Assembly (NCBI GenBank): GCA_033442325.1
Contig: JAWQFM010000003.1
Location: 1,899,490 to 1,963,489, forward strand
Direction of reading: 5' to 3'
DNA length: 64,000 nucleotides
Source: Salpingoeca rosetta
Taxonomy: Eukaryota > Protista > Choanoflagellata
Shown here: positions 49,483 through 63,855 of the stretch, piece by piece
Numbering within the stretch: position 1 is the first letter of the stretch
How the letters are laid out: each line of letters begins with the position of its first letter
Made by a program: the position numbers and the translations under genes
Notes under the pieces: generated by a model
Database searches by the model: none
What the model was told of the DNA's origin: nothing
Seen by the model: only the letters and a program-made list of their open reading frames with translations

Positions 49483-49968
49483 TCGTCAGTCATTTTCAGT
49501 TGTCAGTTCGTCCATCTTATTGGACAGCGAATTCGTGATTTGTGCCGCCTTTGCTTTGCCTCGTTCTGGGCCTGTCAGTCCCGTGTGCCGTTTGCGTGAT
49601 GTCTTCGTGGCGTGCCCGCCCGGCATGTCGTTAAGCCATGTCATGTGACCTGTGCTGTTTGTATTCTCCTTTTGTGCATCGTGAACAACCAACGGCTGAA
49701 GGCAAATGTGCGTGTGCGTGTGCCTGTCTGTCTGTCTGTGGTTTACTTGCCAGGCTTTATTACACAAACTGAAACCTCCACAAAGCGCAACCATCGAATA
49801 TCGAACACATGTCGTGCAATTGCGAACCGAGTACCACCACGCAAATACGTCGCTTTGCTGTAACACAAGGCAGAAAGAAGGAAACAACAAACAATGCACA
49901 GGGGAAGCGAGCAGAAAGCGCTTTGGTGGACGTGTGCCGGTGATGCTGTGCGACGTCACATCCCAAGG

Positions 49969-50533
49969 TCACGCGTCAGTTGCCGCGGGTGTGGGCGCCT
50001 CGAGCGTGAACCATCGCGGCGTGCCCGTGCCCAAATCAAATGAAGGGTCAGACAGGTTCAGCTGCACCACACCCATACACGTCGCCTTGGAACCATAGTC
50101 GCGCGTCCACACGCCAACCTGCAACCAGAATGTGTGTGTGTGTGTGCGTGCATGTGTGTGTGCGTGCATGTGTGTGTGTGTGTGTGTGTTGTGTGTGCGT
50201 GTATGTGTGTGCATGTGTGTGTGTGTACACGTGAATTTGGCAATAAAGTGCGCAGTCCCATTCAAGGGCAGCCACACGACCACAACCGCATTGTTCACCA
50301 CCACGACCACCACGACCACAACGATGACCACCTCGAGGGCGGTGGATGCAATCTGCTCCACGTCGACGTCCTTGTAGGTGAGCGTCTCGTTGAATGTCGG
50401 GTTGACGGTGTTTTGTTGCGCGGACGTCTTGCGCTTCATGTCGCGGCTACGGCTCGGCAGCACGTGCACCTTCACATATGGGCCTGGTGTTGGTGAGTGG
50501 GCAGATGTGGGGTGAGAAAAGAGGGCAGAGGAA

Positions 50534-50587
<54 letters not shown>

Positions 50588-50806
50588 GGGCAGGACGAAG
50601 GGGAGGAGGAAGCAAACCAATCGTTTCGGACCAACGACAAATAGGCACACACACACACACACGCGCGCGCGCACGCGTGCGCAGCACCTGGTGACTGTGT
50701 GCCTGGCGGAGGGCGGAGGCCGCGCGCGTGGTGGACGTGGATGGTGAGCACGTGCTCGTCCGGATCGTAGCGCACCGTCAGCTGCACCTGCCCAAACTGG
50801 TGGTGC

Positions 50807-50896
<90 letters not shown>

Positions 50897-51612
50897 ATGG
50901 GGTTGAGGCGCGTGCACACAGCATGCACGACGAGAGTGATGCACCATCAACAAACGAAACGGCCAGCCCAAACGGCAACTCATGAGACAAGCAACGCAAC
51001 AATGCCAGGAAGACCGAACGTACGCCTGGAATGGCAGGAAGCGACGACGCATCGGCACCCTGATGTCACACGTCATGCCCACACGTTAGCTGAAGATCGA
51101 TTATGGATGTCAGACAAGCACACGTACAAAAAAAGCACAAACGCAAACACAAACACAAACACAGCGCAAGCACAAGCACAAACACAAACGCAAACGCAAA
51201 CACAAGCACAAACACAACAATAGTGCATGGCGACAGTCACTGCTACGCACGAGTTCGTCTGCGGCGTTGTGGTTGTCGACTTCATCGCGCGGGGTGGGGC
51301 AGAAGAAGGTGTACACGAGCGGCGTGTGCACCACAGCATCGTCCATGGCCAGGAGCACGCGCATGTACTGGTTCAGGTGCCGCATGCGCTTCAGGGCAAC
51401 CTGGCGCGTGTGAGAGCGACCAACATAGATCTTGGAGGGGAAGGAGGGGATGCTGCTCCGCTGCGTATCATCAACACTCGACAACAACTTCTGGTGCAGT
51501 TCGTTGAACTCGCTGTAACGGCGATACACAAACGTCACGCTGCCGTCCACACGCTCAACGCGGACCATGTACATGTAGAACTGCAGTGGTGCGTGTGTGT
51601 ATGTGTGTATGT

Positions 51613-51675
<63 letters not shown>

Positions 51676-53575
51676 TGTGTGGGTGTGTGTGCGTGAACAT
51701 GAGACATTGGGGTGTGAGTCGAGTCAACTGCATGCCTTGCGTTTGTTGCGTGAGGCGCAAACAAAGCAGTCATCACATGACGTGTTGCGCATTCATTCGC
51801 AAAAGCGCAAGAGTGCACGCATGCAAGCAAGAATAGCATGGCGGCCACACCTTGTTCTTGTCGAGGTCATATCGCTTCTGGAACTCAACAATTTCAGCAG
51901 AGACGATGCGCGCTTCCGTCTTTGGATCGCCCGTGTGCGGACTGCAGGTCACACACGTGCGCGTGTGCACAAGGAAAGAGGAGGTGGCAGGTGATGGTGG
52001 ACGTCATGTCATGTTTGCGCCAGCAAACAAACGAAGATGCTGCTTTGACTCCCAAAATGACACATGTGCAAGAAAACACACACAAGCACACACACACACA
52101 CTTTCACAAACAGGCACACACACAGGCACACACAAGCATACACACACACACAAACAAGCACACACACTTGTACAAACACACATACACACACACCTGAAGG
52201 AGAGGACGGGCCCTTTGCTTGCGTTGGACGATCGCATCTGGCCGAGATTGTGGAAGAAAAAGTTGATCTTGGTGAACTTGCTCGACAGCGATGTCTGGAT
52301 CATCTGTAGATGACAAGCAGCCGGATGTGCGAGGGAGCAGATGTGTCAGTCAAAGGGACATCAACAACACATGCACGCGAGTGACGCACACATCCCCACA
52401 ACCCCAATCGCCATCCCAACGACAATACCAACCACACTCACATATGCACCACACTCACCACCACAATCAATCACAATCGCAATCACACTCACAATCACAA
52501 TCACAATCACAATCACAATCACAATCACAATCACAACTTCCCCCAAACAATCTCCCCCCCATCCCCACCGCACCTTTGTGAAGTGGGCCATCGCAGCCTC
52601 GTCCGTGTCGTTGAGTTTCAGCGCGTCCTGCACGTGCACGAGATCGGATTTGCTCTGCAGCTCCGGGATGCCCGCCTGCAACATCAGCATCATCAGCGAC
52701 AGCAGCGTGTTGCCGTGTGCGCGTGCAATGTTGTAAGCCTGGCAGCACAGGTCCACAAACGTCTGGAAGTGGGGCGTGGGCTTGTCGCCCTCGTTGATGA
52801 CGTATGCCATGTCTGACGTCAGCACAAACGGCACGCGGTCGCGGTTGATGGGCCCAAACTTCTGCGCATGACGCAAGAAGCGGCCGAAGTCAATGTGGAA
52901 CAGCCGCCCGTCTCGCGTGATCATGATGTTGTCGTTGTGGCGATCACAAACACCGAGCAGATACGTGGCAACGCAGTACCCAGCGCACTGCATATGTGTG
53001 TGTGTGTGTTGGGTGAGGAGGAGATAGGGACAATGGGCAAGTGATGACAACGCAGCAGCAACGAACAAGAGGGACAAGAGGGACAAGGCATGCGTCTGTC
53101 AAAACACACGACCACAAGAACACAAACACACACAATCACACAATCACACAATCACACACAATCACACAATCACACACACACACACACACAAGAGCACAGG
53201 CACACCACGAAGCCAGATCCCAGTAGCAGTGACGTACCGATCGCATGAAGCGGTTGTGTGCGGCCCTCCACTGCTCTGGCGACGCGTTGTTCTGCCGCAG
53301 CCATTCGTGGAGCAAGCGATCGTTGAACGAGCCCGTCACACTGCCGTGACGCGTGTGAATCTCGCGCAGCGTCTTGGCATTCTTGATCATCTCAATGAAA
53401 CCGCTGGTGGCGTCTGTCGGTCGAATGCGGAATGTGATCATGTGCAAATTCAGACCGCTGTCCAGCCACGTGCGGTGCAGGAACTGCACGAGTTGCATCA
53501 CCAGCGTGTCCTGTCGCAGGTCGTCCCCGCACTTGAAGATGCACTCAACATCCCCGCCTGAAACGTTGGGTGCGG

Positions 53576-53606
<31 letters not shown>

Positions 53607-53611
53607 GTGTG

Positions 53612-53651
<40 letters not shown>

Positions 53652-54816
53652 GGTGTGTGTGAAACAGTGTGTGTGACATTCGAAACAGAGTGTTTGAAGA
53701 CGTTTGGGATACCAAATACCATTGTTCACACGCACTGGCACAATCACACCTACACATCCAACATCTACACCACACATCACACAATGGGCACAAACCAAAA
53801 CCACAGCTCTTCTCCTTCGCCAGCATCACAATGATCATCTGCTCAACGCACCGGCCTCGTCGGCGTTGTTGAAGACGAGGCGGAGTGGAATGGCATTGGA
53901 GGTGAAGAAACTGCACCGCTGCGCCTTGATGCCGCTCACTTGCATGCAGGCATCAAGTGGGAGATGGAAGCGTGCAGGCAGATCCCCGGCGAGATCCGTG
54001 AGCGCCGAGGAAAGCGCCTTCTTCCTCGCTTCACTACCGCTAATCGCAGCAATGCGCCGATGCACTGATTTCAGTCGGGCCACCAACGCCACCTGCCACG
54101 CCAGCTCACGCTGCACGCCCGTGGTCGCGTGTGCGAGCATCTGGTCGAGCAGCAGCTGGTACCGCGCGCCGCTGAGTTGGTTGTCGGCCTCGCACCGCAG
54201 CGTCCAGAACAGCTGCATGGCGATGCGCGGGCTGGTGCCGGCGCGGCGAACAAGCAGCATGCTCAGCTCGTTGCAGTGGAACAGCTCAAACTTCACCGCC
54301 TGCACCAGCTGCGGCAGGATGGCGGCAAATGCACTCGTGTCCATGCGCTCGATCCACGTGACGGCGGCTGCGCGGATGTTGCGGTCGGCAAACGACTGCT
54401 GCAGCAACTCCAGCGCCTGCAGCGGCGAAGGCGGCGCCCAGCTCAGGATGAGGGCCTCCAGCTCTTCAACCAGCGTCGGGGTGTGGCACACGGGGATGGC
54501 CTGCACCACACGCGGCAGTGCACGCGCGTCGCCCTGCAGGTCGCGCCGGAACATCCAGATCATCTTCCTGTCGGCCGGAGAGAGGCGATCGAGGGTGCTG
54601 TGGCGGATGATGGCCTGCGCCTGCGCCGCCACAGCCTTGAACGACGACCGCTCGGCAGCAGAGGACACGTCGATGGTCGCCGGGCGCACGTGGTTCGACG
54701 GGAACCAGCCCTCCCGGTCCTAATTGGACGATTTGGATTGGTTGGTGAGGAGGCAAGGGGAAGAGAAGGGGAAGGGGAGATGGTGAAAGGAACAAATCAG
54801 TGTTGTCATGGTGTGT

Positions 54817-54871
<55 letters not shown>

Positions 54872-56144
54872 GGGTCTCTCTCACTCTCACTCTCTCACAC
54901 TCTCACTCACTCACTCACTCACACACACACACACACTCTCTCTCTCTCTCTCTCTCTCACACTCTCTCACACTCACTCTCTCACTCACTCACACACACAC
55001 ACTCTCTCTGCCCCTCTGTGCCTGTGTGATGCAATTGCTTGCAGCATGTGAGCTGCGTGAAAGGTCTGGTGCGTTTGTTCGTACCTCGACGCGCCCGTAC
55101 CACCAGCCGCCATCTGGCTGCTTCACAACAACAATGGGCTGTCCGACATCAAACGAGAGCTCGTCCATGTTCCGCGCGGTGAAGCGGTACGAGGCCACCT
55201 GATGGTGCGCAGCCAGCATGTTTGGAGAACACACGCGCGTTTGGTACGTGAGCACGCAGACTTCGTCGACAACAGCGCTGCATACGCATGCAAGCACATG
55301 CCGACAAACGAACCCACGCACGCAGGTGAACGCGACAATGAACGCGCAAAGCAGCACACACACGCGCGGACACGAATCCTCGCACGCGCAGTTACACATG
55401 CACACGCACAAAATGGAGCGATCTGCTTGGGAGAGAGAGGGATGCTGGTTGCTGGGACGAGGAAGTGTTTGGTGGCGGCGGTTTTGGTGGTGGAACCTTC
55501 GTGGGCGTGGGCGCTTCAGCGGTGGAGGACATGGACACGCTGATTGAGGGCACAGACGTGGTGTCTGTGGCCGCGCTGGTGGTGCTCGCACGCTTGGCCG
55601 CGGTTGGTGAAGCCGACTCCTTTGGTTTGACGTAGTTGGATGGAAACCAGCCAATCCTGATGAAGTGAAGTGCATTGACACAGATGCACGTGAAGCCCCC
55701 GTGCAAGATTGACACTGACATGGTTCAAAACTCGCCATCTCACACACATGTGTAGACGTCTCGTCTCACAAACATGGATAGACTCGTCATCACACACACA
55801 CACACACAAACACACCCGCTGACATGCGTGCACCAACGCAAGCTGCCACCAGCTCACCTGTCGTTGCACTTGCCCTGCCACCACCCGCCCTCTGGCTGCT
55901 GCAGGATGAAGACGGTTGCCCCGAGCGACAGCGTGAGTTCGTCCTCATATTTCGCCTCGTAGTTGTACGTCGCCTCCTGTGCACACGCACACACACACAC
56001 ACGCATGCAGTTTGAGATTGGGCAATGGTACGTACGGCAAGGTGAGAGAGACATGGAATGCAGCAATGTTGATGTACATGTGTGTAGTGTAGTGTTGTAT
56101 GTGCGTGTGTGTGTATTTTGTGTGTGTGTATTTTGTGTGTGTAT

Positions 56145-56178
<34 letters not shown>

Positions 56179-56195
56179 TGTGGGTGTATATATGT

Positions 56196-56243
<48 letters not shown>

Positions 56244-56857
56244 TATATATGTATTTTGTGTGTGTGGTTTGTGTGTTGATGGGATGGCTTTTGAGAGTGC
56301 ACGCACGTATACGAGCGGGTCTTCTTCCTCGGGTTCAGACACGTGTGTCGCCGGAAACCAGCCCTCCTCATCGCCTTGTTGGCCTGTCGCAGTAAGGGAA
56401 GAAGTGAGTGTGTGTTGTGTGAGTGTGTGTTGAAATAGAATACTCGAGGTATTCCGTATGGAAACCAGTCATGCTGTCATCTGTGAATCACCACAAACAC
56501 GCAAACACACACACAAGCTATCGTCCATACCCCATCCATGGCTCAATCCCAGATGCAAGGACGCAATTGCCAACCCCTTCTCGTCCTCGTCCTCGTCATG
56601 CTCCTCCTCCCTCCCACCGCCCTCTCATTCATACCGTAGCACCAGCCGGCGTATTGGTGAATGACAACAACGTCCTCCCCCGTCTCCAGGTCGAGATCAT
56701 GGGACGATTTGCTTGCAAAGTCGTGCGTCACCACCTGCCATGGCGCAACGCAAGGGGTGCACACACAAGCACCACAACAACGTGTTAGCATAATTGATTT
56801 GGTGCGGCAATCATGCACACACACCTAACAAAAGCGAACCCCCCAACACACACCACA

Positions 56858-56925
<68 letters not shown>

Positions 56926-57243
56926 GCACGCACACACGCGCACGCGCACACACACACGCACACACACACACTCACACACACACACACGCACACACACACA
57001 CACACACACACGCACACACACACACACACAAAACATGCAACATGCCACGCAGCCAAACCTTTCGCTCGTTCATGGTTGGCTCCGGCTTCAACGCAGGCAT
57101 CATCTGCGGCGCAAAGGGCGTGCACATGGCGTGAGAACGAAAAAGCGAAAGGACAAAATCACCCAAACACACACACACACACAAAATACAGACAGAACAC
57201 ACACACACACACACACACACAAAATACAGACATGAACACATAT

Positions 57244-57290
<47 letters not shown>

Positions 57291-58752
57291 ACAGACATGA
57301 ACACATATGCACGTGCGCACGTGCAGCAGACACGACTGCAGGTGCACCACGCACTTCAACATATGAGGCCGGGAACCAGCCGGTGCGGTGCTCGATGTCT
57401 CCAAACCACCACACGCCCTCCTTGGCGCGGATGGCAATCACATCGTCCATCTCAAACGACAGCGCAGCGTCACCCTCCCCTAGCGTGGCGGTGGTGATGG
57501 TCGTGTCAGTGGGGTATCAAGAGATGGTTACATGCAGGCAACAATGAGTGGTGCAGGAAGAAGAATGCCAGCACAGACAGCACAGCACCCAACAACACCC
57601 AACAGCAAGGGCGGTGGGGGCACACCTGTGAAGCTGAACATGGCCCTGCAGTGGCCCAGGATCTGGTCTGTCTGCGGGGTGTGCTGTGGCGGTGCAAGCG
57701 GCTCTGGGGGTTTGGGCAGCGACGACAGGTGGCTCGACTGTACTTTTCCTTGCGTGTCGGGGCTGTCAGCGAGGCTGCCAGTCCAGATGTCACCATCTTG
57801 CGACAGAATCTGTGTGTGTGTGTATGTGCGTGCGTGCGTGCGTGTGTGTGTGCGTATGTGTGTGTGTGTGTGTGCGTATGTGTGTGTGTGTTTATGTGTG
57901 AGTGTGTGTGTTTATGTGTGAGTGTGTGTGTGTGTGTGTGTTCGTGGGAGCTTCGACGGGCACCTGAAGACAACGCTGACACATGCAGTACTTTTCCCAA
58001 AAAGCGCAATCACGCAGATGCACACAGATGCACGCGCGTTCGCAACCACACCCACATTCACACGCCCCCGCCCTACGTACGTGGACATCAGCGCCGCGGT
58101 AGAGACTGAGGAATCCAAGCGGAGGAGAGACGAGGTCGTACAAGCTGACATATGTCTGCAGCAGGGGAGATGTGATGGAGACATCCACGTCTTCAAGCAG
58201 TGCAGACGCAGGCGCCGGGAGATTTGAAATGCGGAATCCGCCTGTGGCGGCGCCGCTGGTGTTGCTCTGCTTACTCGCACGGCTGCTTCCTCTTGCGTCT
58301 TCCTCATCTTCCTCGTCGCCCTCAGCGATGGTCGACAGCGCGTGCTTGCGGGCGCTGTCGTCTGCTTCCAATGACGACGACGATGACCCAAGCGATGCGC
58401 GCTCACCATCACCATCACCATCACCATCACCATCACCACCATCACCAGCCGTGGCGTGCTTGCTGGGGCTGCTGCGGTCGGTGTGCGGGAGGGCGCGATA
58501 GAGGACGGGGCGGTCGAATTCGCGCAGGCGGAAGAGGAGGAACGGCGCCTGATTGGCGACGACGTCGTTGGAGCTCAGGTGCGGGCCCCGCTGCTCATTC
58601 TGGCATGGTGGAGGTGGTGGTGTTGGTGTAAACCACAGCAAGCAGCATGCATGACAAAAAAAAGTGTGTGTGGGGGGGGGGCAAAAGGACAGCAACAAAC
58701 AGCAATCATTTGGATTATGTCACAATGATGACAGCAACAAATTTTGTGTGTG

Positions 58753-58784
<32 letters not shown>

Positions 58785-58785
58785 C

Positions 58786-58863
<78 letters not shown>

Positions 58864-61800
58864 TGTCACCTCGTTGAGGCGCAGGAGAACGGGTCCGGTG
58901 GAGAGGACGCGGTGGTGGTCGTAAAGTGGAATCGACGCCCACCCAAGACTTTGCCACGTGATGCCCTGCATTGCGCGATGGATGTGGCAGAAACACACGC
59001 GGCAGTGGAGTATCAAGGAAGGATAAGGATAAAGTTGGACGACGCCAAAATCATACACGCCACCAACGCACACACGTGCAACAATAAAGAGGGCGTTACA
59101 GCAAGCACTGTGGCACGAGAATGCACCAACGCCTCACGTTGTCCGCTGTGGCGCCATCGACGAGGCAAACGATCCTGGTTTCGAGCGGGAGGTGGCGGTA
59201 GAGGAGGCTGTTGGTCTCAATCCAGTCATCGTGTTTCCAAAACACGGTGCGGAAGAACTGTCCGATTGGCTCGTGCGAGCACATGAGCGGGATCATGGGC
59301 GCAATCAGCGCATCGCCATAGTACAGCCCAACCTGGAGGGGAACGGGACAAACGGGAATAGTGAGGGTGTGTGTGTCTGTCTGTGTGTGTGTCTGTGTGT
59401 GTGTGTGTGTGTGTGTGTCTGTGTCTGTGTGTCTGTGTGTGCGTGTGTGTGTCTATGTGCGAGAGAGAGAGAGAGAACATGTGTGCCTGCCACGACGACA
59501 ATAAGTAACGTGGGCAGAAGCAGCGGCGCAGAAGCAGCGGCGCAGACGATCGAACATAGTCCACCGACCCACCCATCCATCTAATCAGGACAGCTCGTTC
59601 AACACCCCCTCCCTGCCTCCCTCCACACCCTGCGTGCTGGTAGAATCCCACGGCTCACCTGCACCCTGAAGAGCGGGAATGTGGCGAGCCACGCCTGCGG
59701 GAGCCGGTGCAGCGAGTCGACGCGGAAGGAGAAGCAGTCTGTCAGCTCTTCGGGAGCCATGGTGATCACTGTTGATCGCGTTGGCGGGCGTGGCGACGCC
59801 GCTTTGCGGAAAATGGCCACCATCTCCTCGCACAGCCGCAGCACATCGCTCAGCACAGCCTCAACCTTCATCATGTCGTGAACCGTGTTCTCCAGCGACG
59901 TCAGCGTCTGGATCGACCGGGAGAGCTGGTGAGAATAATGGTGTGAGGCCAATGGCGTGGAGGCGTGTGTGTGAGGGAGTGAGGGAGGGTGCAAAGAAAG
60001 GGAATGTGCGAAGAAAGAGACGGGACGTGGGGTGTGAGGAAAAGCTGGACAGGTGAGCCGAGCGCATCCACATCACATCGACTGGCCGAAACAGGATACG
60101 CTTCAGACAAGACGCGATGCACATTACGCGAAACTCCACACACCGCATGCATACACCACTGAAACCGCACAATGGCAACCACACACACACACACGTCCAC
60201 GCACGTCCACACACACGTCCACACACACACACGTCCACACACACACACACACACATGCAGACCTCCTTGAGTTCGAGCTCGCCGGCGGCAAAGGAGAGGG
60301 CACGCACGGCCTGTACAAACGGCTTCACGTTGGCCGACGCCGTGTCGATGCGAAGTTCATCCGCTTTCTCCCGCAGCGTGTGCAGAAGATCGTTCAGGTG
60401 CACTGTTTCCGGTGGCGCGACGATGGGCACAAACTTGGTGTCGGGGTGCACGGCGCCGGCAAAGGGGCGGGGCAGCGAGCTGACGGTGGTGACGATGGTG
60501 GTGATGAGGAGAGCGAGAAAGTGTGTGTGTGTGTGTGTGTGTGTGAGTGTGTGTGTGTGTATGTGTGTGTATGTGTGGAAGTTGGTGAGCAGAGGAGGCT
60601 GACAAGTGACCAGCACATCCACAGCAGCGCTGCATACACATATGCACATGAACCTGCACACACAAACACGCACACACAAACACACATACATAAACGAACA
60701 CACGTGCGTGGGCAACAACATCAACAACATGGTGCATGCGATGGCGTGACGCACTCCTTGGTGATGACGCGAAGAACGATGGGGATGCCCTGCTTGTCTG
60801 GTCCGAGGGCGACGTTGTTGAGAACAACGGCAAATGCACCAACATCGCACAGCTGCATGGTGCTGTTGAGGTCAAACGTCTCCGCCGCAGCCGCAAGCTT
60901 GAACACGTGCGTGTCCGCGTGCACATCCACGCCCATGTGGGATTGCACCTCTGCAGCAACCGTCGCAAACTGGGTGGGGGTGTATTGCGTGCAGGCAAGC
61001 AAATCAGACAACACAGCAGTCATGTGAGGTGACGGAGGCAGGGGTTTGTGTTGTGGCAGCTCAGCACATGGATTGTTCGCACAGTTGCATGTGCACACAC
61101 ACACACACGCACATATGCACACATACATACACACGCGCGCACACACACACGTACGGTGGCAGTGGCTGGTACGGTGAACATGGCGGATTGGTCGTTGACA
61201 CAGACGGTGATGCTGAGCGGCTGCTGCTCGTTGTCCGTCCACCGAAAGCGGTCCGTGTTGTTCTCCAGGCGCTCCGGCCTGTGGCGGGGCCCGCGTGTGC
61301 GTTTATGTGTGTGTATGTGTGTATGTGTGTGTGTGTGCATGTGCGTGCGTGCGTGTGAGGATGTGAAGATGTGTGTGTGTAAAGGAGCAAAAGGTGGAAG
61401 CTCACGTAAGGCACGCACAAAACACACGCACACGCACACACAAAACACACGCACACGCACCCACGCGCATGCAAACACACACGTTGCCAACTGAACATGC
61501 ATTGTCGTATACTACCGTGCAATGTCGTCTGTGGTGAGCTGGCGCTGCAGAGTGCGCTTGAGATCATGCACGTCTTGGTCTGCAGTGGTGAAATGCGACA
61601 CCGTTCGCTGTGGACGGAAATGGCCAACAAACAGAAGGACAGAAGGGGCGAGGGAGGGTGAGCGGGAGGTAGGCAGACGTCACGTCACACGTCACACGAC
61701 ACACACACACACACACACATGAATGTGACATGAATCACAGCAGACCTGCAAGATGAACGCTGCACAGAACGTAGGACGCACACGGGGACAAGGCACACAC

Positions 61801-62336
61801 ACACATACACGCAAACACACAAGCAAACACACACGCAAACACACACGCAAACAGACCTGGTGTACGCAATCACAACTCACTCGCTCACAGACAGAGTCCA
61901 TGCACGAACACAAAGCCCTGTCACCAAAACAGAAAGCACCTACGAAGGTTTGAAAGAGGCTGCGCAGGGTGTCCGCTGGCGGGGCGGAGAAGTCCTGGGT
62001 CTCTGCGGTGGCAGAGGACGCTGACGAGAGGGCGCGGGCAATCGAGCCAGGGTGCGTGTAACTGAGACGCACCTGCATCTTCCCAGTAGCATCCACAACA
62101 ATGGAGGCATCGTAGTTACTGTCATCTTCCGTGGCAGTGATGCCTTTGTAGACTGCACCGGTGGAACCTGTCTCGCCCCGTCCCCTTCCCACCTCTTCCT
62201 CCTCTTCCTCCTCCTCTTCTTCGCCAACCATGGAGATGGCTGGGTTGAAGCGCTGCCGCTGCTGTGGAGCGCGCAATGTCACCGCAGGTGCACGCTCCTG
62301 CACAGCTGCATTCGTCGGTGCACTGGGGCGAGCAGG

Positions 62337-62411
<75 letters not shown>

Positions 62412-63019
62412 GTGTGGCGCACCACTGCGTCCCGACGGAACTGCCGCGTTAAGCCATGCCACATCTTACATCCCTTGTCCTATGCTTTCTATTCTGGACA
62501 CGATGCACGGAACGCATCCCGCATATCTGGTGATATCAAAGAAACACTGCTGCAAGCGTAAGCCCGCAGCAAGACCGGAAGTGGACGAAGGTCCGGCTTT
62601 GGTGAGGGATTAGGCAATAGCTACTGATTTGGACTTTGAGCGATGGCGTGGTGGAACCCCTACAAACCGGAGATAACAGGAGCAACGGGTACCTATTTAA
62701 CGTATTGCTTGGCCACGTAGGCTTCAAACACAGGAGGAAGGTTATCTGGAGAACCAGTGCGGGGCGAGGGGGGCNNNNNNNNNNNNNNNNNNNNNNNNNN
62801 NNNNNNNNNNNNNNNNNNNNNNNNNNNNNNNNNNNNNNNNNNNNNNNNNNNNNNNNNNNNNNNNNNNNNNNNNNGTGGCGGTGGTGGTGATGTGGAAGAG
62901 GTGGTGGAGGGGCCTGCACCATCGTTGCAATCCTCACTGGCTGCCTGTGCGCATGAAGGCTTCAGCTTGGGCTTGCTCGACGGCGGAGGCGGCCGCGGCG
63001 GTGGTCGTGGCGGCGGCAT
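49969..63019 (-). CDS. Class II phosphoinositide 3-kinase (Pro-rich N-term, RBD-like, C2, 5x SH3, helical, kinase, PX, C2)
   Basis: Kinase motifs [10 protein letters not shown] and [65 protein letters not shown] (class II signature). [18 protein letters not shown]; C-terminal C2 PYVKVHVLP...KRKT...NPTFNETL. Start [13 protein letters not shown] at 63019, with an alternative in-frame ATG at 63100. Exon 1 spans the N gap. Confidence 0.93.
62431..62756. other. 326-nt compositionally foreign island apparently inserted in PI3K exon 1
   Basis: High-complexity sequence (about 52% GC, no TA depletion), flanked by GT on both sides. Deleting it restores PPRPAHAV followed by a GTGCGC donor, in phase with the next exon PARPSAP. 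The boundaries were chosen partly by this frame restoration. Confidence 0.65.
62775..62874. other. Assembly gap (100 N)
   Basis: Run of n characters inside PI3K exon 1. Confidence 1.
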
Positions 63020-63749
63020 TGTAGCTGCTGCTGCTTGTTTGTTGGTGTTTGTTGTTGGTGTTGGCTCGAACCAACTTTCATGCAATTTATGCTGTTGCAT
63101 GGAAGTTTTGTTTCCTTTGTTGGCTGCTGGCTGGCTTTGTTTGGCGGTCCTTTTACTTGCGAAGAGCAGAGCAACATGCCTCTATGCCTCGCGTACTTTC
63201 GTTTTCAACGCACACAGACACACAGACACACAGACACAAGACCAACACCGAGATACCGTCTCGCTGTCGCGTAAGGTCGAAACATCACATACACATCACA
63301 CAACATCACAAACACATCACATCACACAACACACATGCGTGCATTTCAGTACAATCAAGCAAGCAACAACTGAAGAATCAATAGAGAAACAAGGGGCGAC
63401 ACACAGCAGCCACGACGCGTGTTGACGCCTGACACGCGCATCTAAAAGGAAACATCACTCTCGCTCTGTTTTCACCGACTCTCTTCCCCCCCCCCCCCCA
63501 AAGCCAGCTCTCAATCAGAAAATCACAATACGGCAGCAGTGTCGAACGCAAATGGTGAATGCAGATGGTGGTTTAGACTGTACGTCGTGCTGGGGGAAGA
63601 GGGGGAACATCAACCCATTCCACCCGATTGTCACACGGCACCGGATGTCACATGACAGCGTTGTGTGCGTGCGTGTGTGACAAATGCCCAATGTCGTACA
63701 ACGGCACAACACCAGCATCATCATCAGCAGCACTAACACTGTCACCCTC

Positions 63750-63855
63750 TCAGTTCTTTTCGCCAGCTGGGTTTCCGACCCAGGGGAACTTCTTTGGGCA
63801 CTCCTCTGCGCACGTCTCGAGCGTGATGGGGTTGCCCGTGACAGGGTCTTGGAAC
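63750..63855 (-). CDS. Terminal exon of a gene extending beyond the window (weakly RluA pseudouridine-synthase-like C-terminus)
   Basis: CACAG acceptor at 63856, then FQDPVTGNPITLETCAEECPKKFPWVGNPAGEKN*. Codon usage resembles the other exons. The F.xPVTG..I pattern recalls RluA ends (weak). Confidence 0.5.

Noticed and set aside
62548-62750. Group I intron / SRP / RNase P-MRP motifs in the second island (e.g. AAGCCCGCAGCAAG)
   Set aside because: Only isolated partial motif resemblances; the required partner elements are missing or in the wrong order.
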